From: Eledone cirrhosa
Taxonomy: Eukaryota
Reading direction: 5' to 3'
Length of the DNA stretch: 64,000 bases
NCBI GenBank assembly: GCA_964016885.1
Contig: OZ024743.1
Span: 158,038,001-158,102,000, forward strand
The stretch's first letter is position 1, and every line of letters begins with the position of its first letter. Below are positions 27,809 to 39,251 of the stretch, one piece after another. The notes beneath the pieces were generated by a model. It ran no database searches, was not told the origin of the DNA, and saw only the letters and a program-made list of their open reading frames with translations. The translations under genes and the position numbers were made by a program.

Positions 27809-28209
27809 TTAATTAGAAAGTGAACAATATGTGTATATATATATATATATACACACATATATATAAGTGAACAATATGTCTGTATATATATATATCTAAC
27901 ACCTTTCGTAACTGTACTCCTTGTTGTTGTTTACTTTTCCAATATATATATATATATATATTGGAAAAGTAAATTATAATGCTGGCCCAGACAGCACCAG
28001 TCTCCTTGGTCACTAGTGATTTTGTTTTGTTTGTTTTTTCAATTATATATGTATATAAACACAAATTACATATATGCACAAACAAATATATATATACATA
28101 TATGCACAAACAAAACCGTTTTGCTGTTGCTAAGATGATACCGTGAAATAGAAAACAATCTTAGAGGTGTTAAGATACGGAAAGAGAAAAAGAAGGCATT
28201 TTTACTTAC

Positions 28210-28374
28210 CTGAGGTAATAAAATTGGTTCTTTCGATATCTCAATGCCATAATGCACCGATTTAAGTTCGTCGATATCGAGAAATGCGATGACTACGGCT
28301 ACATCAAATAAAACGAGGAAAAATAGTCTGGTAACGACATGCGGTAATATCGATATGTTGATATTCGAAGCCAT
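28210..28374 (-). CDS. OS9: First coding exon of an OS-9-like ER lectin (ERAD MRH-domain protein), 55 codons including signal peptide
   Basis: ATG at 28374 (aaagttATGG) gives MASNINISILPHVVTRLFFLVLFDVAVVIAFLDIDELKSVHYGIEISKEPILLPQ, followed by a canonical phase-0 donor CAG|GTAAGT. The hydrophobic stretch plus LDIDELKSVHYGIEI resembles the vertebrate OS-9 N-terminus (LNLEELSEMRYGIEI, recalled from memory). Locally CpG-rich. No later exons found in the window. Confidence 0.8.
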
Positions 28375-28545
28375 AACTTTGACGAAATAGATGAGTGGCT
28401 CTGTGTTGCATATAAAACGTGGATCTTTAAAAGTGGAACGATACCGGTGTAGTCGCAAAAATGTAAACATCCGGTTAAATGTCTTGATGGAATAAGAGAA
28501 TGCGTATATGCGTGTGTGTTTATTCATATAAATGTATATATTTAT
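28375..28545 (-). promoter_or_regulatory. Putative 5'UTR/core promoter of the OS9-like gene
   Basis: Non-repetitive, CpG-retaining segment directly upstream of the ATG. The TSS cannot be located from sequence. Confidence 0.45.
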
Positions 28546-28686
28546 ATATTTATTATTGGCACATATTATAAGTTTAAGCAAAGAATTTCTGCTTTCACCC
28601 AAGAGCGGGATCTTCAGAAGATCTCGTTTTAGGATGAAAGCAGAAATTGTTTGCTTAAACTTTTAATCTGTGCTAATAATAAATAT
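28546..28686. repeat. 141-bp imperfect palindrome upstream of the OS9 ATG
   Basis: Arms atatttattattggcac...gcgggatcttc and gaagatctcgtt...gctaataataaatat, centred on 28616. Confidence 0.85.
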
Positions 28687-30054
28687 TTGCTCTTGGGTTT
28701 TTATATACTTATATATATACAACTCTCTGGATTTTGGTCTTTGTATTTATGTGTGTGTGTGTGTGTTTTAGTACAAAAATCTATGCAACTGTAAAATTAC
28801 AATGCATTATTTATTGGAAACTGAAAACTTCCTTAAATATTGCTCTTCTGATAGCAACATTCTACATTTGTAAAGAGTATTCTTTTTTTGAATCATGTAA
28901 ATTAGTTTACACTATATATATATATTATATTTATATTTATATATATATATATATATTAAGAAAAGATAGTAATTATACTTTCATTGAGATTGAATACCAA
29001 AGCAATATCTTTGCATAATGAATATCTTTGTCATTTTTCTTTTCTTCATCATCATCATCATAATTGTCATCGCCATTTACAGATTTTGACATATAACAAA
29101 TATACAATTATACATATATAAATACAGATGTTACACAAATAATCATATAAGTTTTCCTAAATATTTATATATATATATAACAAAGGGGTAACAAATGTAC
29201 ACTCATAAAGAAGGGTATACATATATAGAGAAATGGAAGTATATGAAATATAAACACATAGATATGGAAGTTTAAGGATATGTAATACAAGCACACACAT
29301 TTACAGGATTATGTGTATACAGCAAATATACACTTATACAAAAGTAGCTATATAGCAAATTTACACTTATAAAAAAGTAGATGCATAACTAATATATATA
29401 TATATATATATATATAAACAAATACATGACAAAATAGCCACATAAATATAGCATTGGGTATATAACTAAATATTCATAGTTAATAATGGTATGGAATAGT
29501 GTCAGTGACTAGGTTGTATATATATATAATCATATATGTAGTGAAAATTCTGAGGTATAAACCATTAATGCAGACACATAAAAATATACATTTGCCCATT
29601 CATTAAAAGTGATGTATACTTGAAAGTTAGAAAAAAAAAAAAAGAAAATGTGACATGGGACAACAAACTTTACTCTTTCATTCAAATAAAGCATTATTAG
29701 AAAGTTCTTCTGTAATTAAAAATTATGCCCAACTTCCCATTATTTTTTAGATGGTCATGTTTGTTTCCATGTTATTGGTATCTTATTTTCTTTATTTTCT
29801 CATTTTCTCCTATTTGAATTTATTCCAGTTTCTTTCTTCTTTTTGTCTTTTTATGAAATATTTTGTTTTGTCACGGTTTGTTTGATGTTATAGGTATTTT
29901 TCTCATATTTCTTTCTTTTAAGTGAAAACAATTAATGACTAATTTTTGGGGCAGTTAAATGACAAAGAACTATGGTTATAATTAAAATCTCAATGTCTTA
30001 ACATATAAATGTGCAGGTATGCTTGTGTAAGTGTATGATTTTCAAAGTATGTGA

Positions 30055-30101
<47 letters not shown>

Positions 30102-30124
30102 AGTGTGTGTGTTTGTATATATAT

Positions 30125-30159
<35 letters not shown>

Positions 30160-30513
30160 GCCTGTTAGCCAGACCTCATCCCTCTTTTGATGAGAGAGAT
30201 GAGGTCTGGGAAATGTGGTATGAATGCTTTCTTACTTTACTTTTATATCCAGTAGACCCCCTCTCCTATAGAATGCCACTCCCAGACACTCCTTTACAAA
30301 ATAAACATACACATATACACATGTATATATCTTACACCACTTGTTATTACTTCTCCTTCCCCATTACATTTTGTCTATGTACACATACATACACACATTC
30401 ATACATACATGCATGCATACATACCTACATACATGCATACATACATACATACATCCATATGTCTGTGCATTTGAATGTATATATACACATATGCATTTGT
30501 GTGAGTGTGTGTG

Positions 30514-30573
<60 letters not shown>

Positions 30574-30727
30574 CACATACATATATATATGTGTATATAT
30601 ATATATCATCATCATCATCATCATCGTTTAACGACTATCTTCCACGCTAGCTATATATATATATATACATATATATATGTATATATATATGTGTATATAT
30701 ATGTATATATATATATGTGTGTGTGTG

Positions 30728-30758
<31 letters not shown>

Positions 30759-31395
30759 TACATTTTATTACAATTTTTAGTTTTGTTTTTTTTTAAATAT
30801 AGCTCTGTATTATGGGTATATGTGTGGATGAGTTCATTTGTGTGTATTTTTATGTATATATGAGAGTAGAAGAAATGAATAAAAAAGAAAGAAAGTGAAA
30901 GAACGTTAGAAGTTTGAGGGTGAAATGGGCGGGGTCTGGTTCATTTTATTGATGGGTAAGGAATCTTCCTGCCAACTTCTTTCTAATTATGTGTCAAAAA
31001 ACTACTCACCTCCTACTGTTTCTCCAAACCAAAAGCATCATTTTCACTACCACTACTACCATCACCACTATTACCACCTTCACAACCATTACTACCATCA
31101 CCAGCCTCATCATCATCAATGTCAGCAGCATCCCTATTGATAAAATTCTTTGAAGTTGCTGCATTTAACATTTATGCTACTGTCAGTGGTAGGGGTGAGA
31201 ATGTAGGTAGCAGTATGGGTGCTGATGTGATGGCAGTGGTGTTTGGGATGTTATTACCCATTGAGTTCCTGTCATTGTTGTTATAGTTTTCATAGCTCTT
31301 ATTGTTGTAATTATAATCGTCACCATCCCTATTATCATCATCATCAACAACAACAACAACAAAATAGTATCACTATCTTCATCCCTGTCATCATA

Positions 31396-33560
31396 TCTAT
31401 CTAGGGTGGGTAAAATTCCCAAGATCCATGGACCAGTTCTCTCCAGCAGTCTCTGTCCCTCATCATCGCTACCCTGTCCGGTGTCTCCAAGAGACCTGTG
31501 TCTGTCCTTAGGGCATCAACATATGTCAGCCTCATTCTCCCTCTTCTAGTATGTCCGTGTAAGGGCTCCCACAGGAGCACTGAGTACAGTGTCAACTCTG
31601 AATGTCGGTGAGCATGTCCAGCTAACCTCAGTCTCCTCTGTTACTGTTGGGAGGCTCCCGTACAGCTCTGAGTTCTTCATTCTCAGTGTATACTGGTTAA
31701 TGATCAGAGCCATCCTCAGCATTCTCGTATAACACCTATCCACCATCTGAGTGAGTTTCTTGGTCAGTGTCCAAGTCTCAGACCCGTACAGCAGCACAGA
31801 CTCCACTGTAGCAAGGAAGAGATGGATCTTCAGGTCTTTACGAAGGTCCAACTTCCACACCAATCTCAAACTGTGGCATGCTGCCCAGGCTTTGCTCTTC
31901 CTCTCAACCACATCATCCTATGTGTTCCCAATCTTTGCTCCCAGATACAGAAAGTCCTCAACCAATTCTAGCGGCTTCCCGCCTACATTCATAATCTTTT
32001 CTGGCTTCTTAATGTTCTCTACCAGATACTTTGTCTTAATCTCATTCATTCTCATCGACACAGTCTCCACCTCCTGCATCAACTCCTGTGCCTCCTTCAC
32101 TGTGTTTGTCATCAGAACTATGTCGTCAGTAAATTCAGCATCTGATATCTTTTTCGCCTTAACTCTGCTGCTCTGAGCCAATGCTGCAGTAAGCCCAGAG
32201 TCCTGGTGTTTCTCCAGCACAAGGCACATACAATAGTCCACTCCAATGATAAAAAGGTAGGGAGCCGATGTATCTCCCTGGAACACTCCAGCCAGTATCT
32301 CAAAGAACTCTGTCATCCCATCAGGTGTAATGACTTGGTCTTTGGTCTTGGTGTAGAGCGGTGATATCAGGTCCAAAATCTTCTTGGGGATTCCATAAGC
32401 CTGTAAGATCTTCAGGAAGAATCCAGGGAAGATGTGGACTTACATCTCTGATATGCACCTGTCCAAATCCCAGATTGATTTCATTCTGGTGAGGAGAAAG
32501 TGGCGGAATTATGTTCTGAACACAGAACCATACAATTATTTCAGTACACTGGACAGTGACCACCGGCTTGTTATGAGTGAGGTCAGGGTGAGCTTAAGGA
32601 AGAGTAAGGCTCGCCTTGAAGAGCAATATATGACTGGGGAGCTTTCAAGGAAGATGATAAGCTACAGGAGAGGTACACAGTAGAAGTGAGGAACAGGTTC
32701 AGTGCTCTATGTGGAGAGGCAGAGGCAGAAGCAAGTGAGACCCTGGTGCCAAGGAGAGAGAAGAAGAGGAAGCACATCAGCTCTGCGGACCCAAAAGTGG
32801 GTGCAGCCAGAGAACACCTGCAAGCTGCCAAGGACCAATTCCATGCTGATCCTATGGAGGAGAGGAAGGAGAATGTGGAGGTGATGATAGAGAAGATCAG
32901 AAGTGTGGAGAGAGTGGTTGACAGGTCTAGGTGTAAAGAGAGCTGGATGATCATCAACAAAATCACAGGGAGGAAGAGAAGGGGTTTGATCCAGGGAACA
33001 GGGCCCGAGGATGGGATAAGGAAATGGTTGGACCATTTTAGGACCCTACTAGGAGAGCCGCCCTCCACAGCCCAGAACACTGGGGAGATCAAGCAGCTGT
33101 TTGAGGAACTGGATTTTAGACAGGACCCTTTGCCAGAGAGGAGCTTCAGGAAGCCAAGAAGCGGATCGAGGATGGAGTGGCATCAGAGGTGATGAAGAGG
33201 TGTGGTTTTGATGATATCATCCTGAAGTTCTGTAACCAGGCACTGGAGAAAGGAATTGCCCTGAATCAGTGGAGGATCAATAACATTGTCCCAGTGCCAA
33301 AGAAGAGAGATCTCTCTAACACCATCAACCACAGGGGGATCTCACTGGCATCACTTGTGGCAAAGACCCTCAACAGGATGATTCTTATTAGGATCCAGCC
33401 CGAGATGGAGAAGAAGCTCAGGGACAACCAGAATGGCTTCACAGAGGGAAGATCAACCGCCAGTCACATCCTGATGTTGAGGAGGTTACTAGAAGGAGCT
33501 AGAGCAAAGAGCTTCCTGCTGCCGTGGTTTTCGTTGACTTTAGGAAGGCCTTTGATTCTA
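31396..33560 (-). mobile_element. RTE-superclade LINE with 5' inversion and 8-bp TSD (TCATCATA)
   Basis: 31396-32415 on minus (LKILQAYGIPK...GVFQGDT...YGSETWTLT to tail) and 32415-33560 on plus (SQIDFILV...SDHRLV...FVDFRKAFDS). TSD at 31388-31395 and 33561-33568. Confidence 0.85.
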
Positions 33561-33600
33561 TCATCATAACCCTCATCAATAGCAGCCATTTATTGTTTAA

Positions 33601-33829
33601 CCCTTTAACATTTAAACCAGCCGTATCTGGTCAGAATTCTCTCACCTCTTTCTGTTCAAACCGGCTGTAACCGGCCACTCATATTGATGTTAAGGTATTG
33701 TTCTCAAAATAAATAATATAATAATATCAAAATCTCGTAGATTGGGTTTTATGTGAGATAATTGTGTGAATTAAAACCTTTACCATGAAAATACAGTAGT
33801 AAACGTAGAGTAATGTAAATGTTAAAGGG
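33601..33829. mobile_element. piggyBac-type MITE
   Basis: 14-bp TIRs CCCTTTAACATTTA / TAAATGTTAAAGGG, flanked by TTAA on both sides. Confidence 0.85.
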
Positions 33830-34168
33830 TTAATAAATCTTTCTTCAGCCTCTCTTCAAGCTGTGTATACCTGTCACCTAGCTTCTCTCTTATCTACCTG
33901 GTACTGGTCTCTGCTACCCTCATTTTTCCAATCTTTCCAGTGCTCTACTTCAGCCACAAGTTTCATCAGTAGTTTGCAAAAGAATTTCGAGTTGTCCTCT
34001 ATGTCAGAGTATCTAGCATCACTTCTCTCATCAAATGCATCACATAAGGCCTTTCTATACCTATATTTAACTGAAAGGTCCTTTAGCTTCCAAACTCTCA
34101 GTTTCCATGTTTTCCAGTATATATTGTTCTGTGTCTAGTGTTTATTTTGACGTCACTAATAACTAACT

Positions 34169-34233
<65 letters not shown>

Positions 34234-34320
34234 GGAAAGTTATATTTAAAATTGTTGGGTTACAACTAGTAAATATTTATAACTGATATAAAAGCACTCG
34301 ACAAATATTTGGAGTATATT

Positions 34321-34693
34321 TATAATATTAAATAAATGGAAACTATATTTATAAAACCATATTTATTTCATTATATATATTTCGGGGATATCATATTAAC
34401 AATATGCTATGCCTTCCTCAGACAAAATACAATATAAACAGTTTTATAGATAAATAGATTCGACATACCGTTATAACACCGACTTGCATTTGAAGAGGTT
34501 AAACTGGCAGTCTAACCTCTTCAAATGCAAGTCGGTGTTATAACGGTATGTCGAATCTATTTATCTATAAAACTGTTTATATTGTATTTTGTCTGAGGAA
34601 GGCATAGCATATTGTTAATATGATATCCCCGAAATATATATAATGAAATAAATATGGTTTTATAAATATAGTTTCCATTTATTTAATATTATA
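34321..34693. repeat. 373-bp near-perfect palindrome carrying two hammerheads
   Basis: 186-bp arms centred on 34507. The left arm continues to about 34231. Embedded in (TA)n. Confidence 0.92.
34585..34650 (+). ncRNA. Type I hammerhead ribozyme (mirror copy at 34364-34429, minus)
   Basis: Helix I UAUUUUGU/AUGAAAUA; CUGAGGA; imperfect helix II (CAUAUU/AAUAUG core); GAAA-UAUAUA-UA. Confidence 0.65.
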
Positions 34694-34710
34694 TATATAT
34701 ATATATATAT

Positions 34711-35385
34711 TGGGTGTCCTTTTACATCATGGATCACAGGCCTCGCGCACCAGGACTGAACAAAGTCTGATTCACCGTCTTGGATCCTATTCCCCTCTTG
34801 GACTCAACTCACCTCCCCAATTTCTCTAATACCTATCACTTTCTCTTGATCATTAGCAGCTTCTCTTACTATTAATGCATGCTGATATACACCCTTATAT
34901 TAACATACATTTGCTCATAGCTTCGTACTTACATGCACACACACACTCTTTTACTCACATATACACACACATTTCTTCTTAGCTTTGTACGGACCTATAA
35001 TAACACACACACACACACACAAACACATGCTTACACACGTACTCAAGTATAGCTCTTTTTACAAAACGTTTTTTTTTCCATTTCAGGTAGACACGTGCCA
35101 TCATCCACTTTTCTAAAAAAAACAAATCATGCACAAAACACCAACTCCAACAGTTTTGCAAGAGATGTCAACATGAATGGACCTGTTATTTTTATCTAAA
35201 GACATTTTTTCCAATTCCATCCCGCCCGTCCCCTCAATCTATTTTACTTCTCATTCTTTCTTCTGATGAAGGACTAGCGTCCGAAACGTTAAGACCCTCT
35301 TCCTGCTATATCAAGCGTTAACCTAATATATACCTTCCATATACTGTACCGATTGTGTTGTTATTTCTGTTTACCTTTTACATAC
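34711..35385 (+). mobile_element. Penelope-like element 3' end/pLTR
   Basis: GVLLHHGSQASRTRTEQSLIHRLGSYSPLGLN (C-terminus typical of PLE GIY-YIG domains), followed by an HHR. Confidence 0.75.
35259..35294 (+). ncRNA. Minimal type I hammerhead ribozyme
   Basis: UCUU-CUGAUGA-A-GGAC UAGC GUCC-GAAACGUU-AAGA. Helix III is reduced to the palindrome ACGU. A decayed copy is at 43059-43094 (minus). Confidence 0.75.
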
Positions 35386-36715
35386 ATATATATATATGTG
35401 TGTGTGTGTGTGCGCGCACGCGTGTGTGTGTATATATACATATACATACTTATACATATTAACTAGATTAATGGATTGATAAATATAGGTATTGATATTT
35501 ATATTTAATATAAAAATGTAAAATCAAGCACTTCAAAAAATATGACAAATCATATAAATAAGTAACAATATAAGAGATAAAAAAAAGTGACAATGAAATG
35601 AAAGGAAAGACAAAAATGTATCATGCATGTCAGAGATGTGAAAGTGTAAAAGAGCATAAGAGAAGGAGAAAGAGAGAGCAAAGTGATGATGATGGTTTAA
35701 TATAGAATTGAGTTCTGTAAATAGACTATGCATATATGAATGTACATACACACGTTCACACACATATATATATATATATGCATGTATGTATGTAATTACA
35801 TATATGGATATGGATACACACACATATACATATATATGCATGTATGTATGTGTGTATGAGTGTATGTATACATGCATGTATGTATGTATATGTATCTATG
35901 TATGTATAGTCTATTTACAGAACAGAATTATATGTAAACACCACCAGTATTAAGTAAGAGTAGAGAGATTTTAGGTGTTTTTTTTTAATATCCAAAAGAA
36001 TGCTTAAAAAAAAAACTTATGCACCAATAAGACAATCTGTCGTCTGTAACATAACCACTAGCCCACTAAAAACCTCCGCCTCTTCTTTCTGCGCACATTG
36101 CTCCCCACCCTCCCCGTCTCACTTCAGTCTTTCATCCATCTACACATTTCTATCTCCCCCACCTCCCCTCACTTCACATACACATACAATTATACATGCT
36201 CCTCAACACCACCTCCACCATTGCCATCACCAACGACATACAAGTTATAGGTATCTTTTTTTATCAATAACACACCAAAATTTTACATTAATAACATTCA
36301 CTGATGAAGTGAGGTGTGCAATTTATTTATTTTTATATTTACTTTTTTTATTTTTTATTTCCTCCTTTTCTTTTTTCTTCTATCTTCCTTCCTTTCTCTC
36401 TCTTTCGTTCTTTCTTTTCTTCTCATCATTATTATTACTATAATTACAGCAATAATAACAACAACAGTAATGATAATGATTTCTTTATTGACCAGTGTGG
36501 CTAGAAACATTGATGGTAATACAAATAAACAAGGACTCTAGGGATTTACATAAAATGAAAAAAACAGGTAACAAAGTAAAAATAAATTAACAAAAGTAGT
36601 ATTCCCCAAAAGGGAGGAGTATCACCAAAGAGAAATTAAGGAGCCCCACTTATCTGAAGTGACCCTAATCACCTACATCTATCTTTATCTGATAACAAAA
36701 TAAAAACCTATCTAT

Positions 36716-36880
36716 ATATGGGGCTTGTCTGAAAGGTTCATAGGCTGACCAATATACTCTCATGGAATGTGACCAAATGAAATATATTTTTCAAAATAGT
36801 CTGCTAGTGGCCCACACAGTTTTTCCATTGCAGTGCTTGGATCCCATTGATGAAAAAGCTTCCATCCTGTTGATCAAATA
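36716..36880 (-). mobile_element. Mariner-type DNA transposon 3' fragment
   Basis: Reverse reading gives GIQALQWKNCV...DYFEK, resembling the mariner transposase C-terminus, next to a TIR-like end. Confidence 0.6.
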
Positions 36881-37049
36881 CACACACACACACTCACACA
36901 CACACACACAAGAAAATATATAAACAAAATTCCTGTACTTTTGAATTTTGGGGACAATACCAACTTCTGACTACTGAACACAAAAAGCAGGCATGAATTG
37001 CCACTGTCCATATTCACTAAACCATGACACTTCAAATCACATTATCATC

Positions 37050-37735
37050 TTGGCGTTTCCCTGAGGCTCGGCCTCCAGATCTGCCAGCCACACCAATGTT
37101 GCTGCGGTTCCACCGTGGACTCTTTCGGCCTCCACCCGCTTTCCTGTCGCCACAGTACCGGCCGCCTTCCATGCCATGCTGCCCTCAGTGAGGTCATAAA
37201 GCATGGCTTGGAAGCTGCAGGCTTCCCTTCCCAGCTCAAGCCGGTGGGGCTGGACCGAGGGGACGGCAAAAGGCCAGATGGCATGACCATCTTCCCGTTC
37301 CGCGGTGGCAGACCCCTCATCTGGGATGCCACTTGCACCGACACTTTCTACAGCCGCAACCTGGTGCAATCTGCGACTGACCCAGGTTCTGCTGCACGTC
37401 GGGCTGAGGGGGCCAAACTCCGGTCGCTCTCCGACAGGTTTGCGGTCGTACCCTTGGCAGTGGAGACTTCTGGTGTCCTCGGCCCCAGGGCTACCTCCTT
37501 ACTCACCACCATAGGCGCTGAGCTGGCCAGCCGCAGGTGTGAACGCCGCGAGCTGGAGTGGCTTTTCCAGCACATCTCCCTTGCCGTCCTCCGGGGAAAA
37601 AACCTTCTCCATTCTGTCCGCCGGAGCTGTGGGTGGGCCCCATCGTGTACCGTTGTAGTTGTTGTAGAAGAAACAGGAAGACAACAACTGGAAAGTTTGA
37701 TTTTCTAATAAATAAATAGAAATTGAATTTTAGAA
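37050..37735 (+). mobile_element. CRE-clade non-LTR retrotransposon 3' fragment (zinc knuckle + RLE)
   Basis: DSFGLHPLSC...GLDRGDGKRPDGMTIFPFRGGRPLIWDATCTDT...PLAVETSGVLGP...WLFQHISLAVLRG. Confidence 0.85.
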
Positions 37736-38358
37736 GTGCCAGTGCTGTACTGGGGCTCAATTCTTCCTATCAAATTCTACTTTAAACAGATAACAATTTG
37801 AGCCACTTTTCTGCATAAAACTGAAAGAACCATGACACATTTTTGGCTGGGAAATGACCACAAAATGTGAGGCCTATTCATGTGATCTTTCTCAACAAAT
37901 TAAATTGCACTTCAAACATATAGCAATCTGAGGCACATTGTTTGAATAAAACTGAAATGCCCAACATCAGTTAAATGAAAGTTACATAGCCAAACATCTC
38001 TCTATATCTCTTAACTTTTGAAAATCATGAAACTTGTAAAACTGGTAGTCATAAATTATTGTAAATAAAACTTCTTAAAAACTCCAACAACATCATGATT
38101 CATAGTGACATATTGCCTTGCAATGTCGAACATATCACTTCTCTGATCCTCACAGACATCGTTGGCAAACTTTCCTCAGGACGTTGGCAAACTTTCTTTC
38201 TTCAGCCTCTCTCTGAGATATGTATACCTGTCACCTAGCTTCTCACTTAGCTACCTAGTACCGGTCTTTGCTACCCCCATTTTTCCAGTCTTTCTTTGTT
38301 TCTCTTGGCTTTAATGGCTTAATCCACTGTGTTGTTCCAACACCAATTCACACTCTGC

Positions 38359-38399
<41 letters not shown>

Positions 38400-38541
38400 T
38401 TTGAGTATATGTTGGTTGTATACCAACACCTCTGTATGCAGATTGGAGCACTCAACGAAGTGTGCAGGTTGGTTTGGTTACTCCGGAGTAGTGTAAAATA
38501 AAATAAATAAGTCAAATGTTTTAAATTTGTCTTCATTTATT

Positions 38542-38596
38542 ACTGCTATATAGATTTCGGTGACAGCCATCTTTGACGGTGACCTCTTCAGGCAGT
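38542..38596 (-). ncRNA. Type I hammerhead ribozyme in the 3' pLTR
   Basis: ACUGC-CUGAAGA-GGU..helix II..ACC-GAAA-UCUAUA-UA-GCAGU. Confidence 0.8.
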
Positions 38597-39251
38597 CCAA
38601 ATTAGTGCGGTAGAGACGAGTACACATGTTGTTGAGGTGTTTAACTTTGTCAATACTCTGATATGCCCACTTCCTGGTTGGGTTGTTGTTTCACTGAGGA
38701 ACTGGAATCATATGAATTTAAACAAACGAATTTCAGCGTCAGAGGACATCTTCTCCTCTCATTGGTCAGTTGTGAGAACATTCCTCAGTCAAAAGTCTAT
38801 AGAAATTCGTTCTGAGGCGAGGCAATCTGTAGTGGTTGTTCTTGTTATTGTTAAGTACATCTGACCTCTACTCTTATGTTGGTAGTGGTGTTGGTGTTGG
38901 AGTCAGCTCAAAAAATGATAAAATGGTAGAAGGAATAAGATGGTAAAGGAGCAAAATAAAATAATCAAATAAAATGTGTGTGTGTGTGTGTGTTATAACC
39001 AATCTCAACTTAAATAGAAGGCTATAAAGTGAAGAAAACAGAAAACAAATGAAAAATCAAGTAAAATAAAATGTGTGTGTGTTATAAAGATTAGGAAGGC
39101 TATGTCAATTAGGAAGGCTGTGTCAGAATCAATCTCTAGGATATCATGGTGTCTGCTCAGCCTGGGTGGGTCCCTATGGCTTGAGGGGAGTTCCCAACCT
39201 ATGGTGTTGTTACTGCCCATATAGCTTGAAGGAGGTCTGGCCGAGAGGTGT

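Noticed and set aside
27930-27973. Small palindrome tttacttttccaa-(TA)n-ttggaaaagtaaa
   Set aside because: Short arms around self-complementary (TA)n, possibly two element ends tail to tail; too little sequence to interpret.
28375-28602. N-terminal extension of the 178-aa ORF upstream of the OS9 ATG, and its read-through past 28210
   Set aside because: The extension runs through TA-rich and palindromic sequence from a non-ATG start. The signal peptide fits the ATG at 28374 and a strong donor ends the exon.
30925-31140. His-rich ORF
   Set aside because: Degenerate (CAY)n trinucleotide repeat with no splice or homology support.
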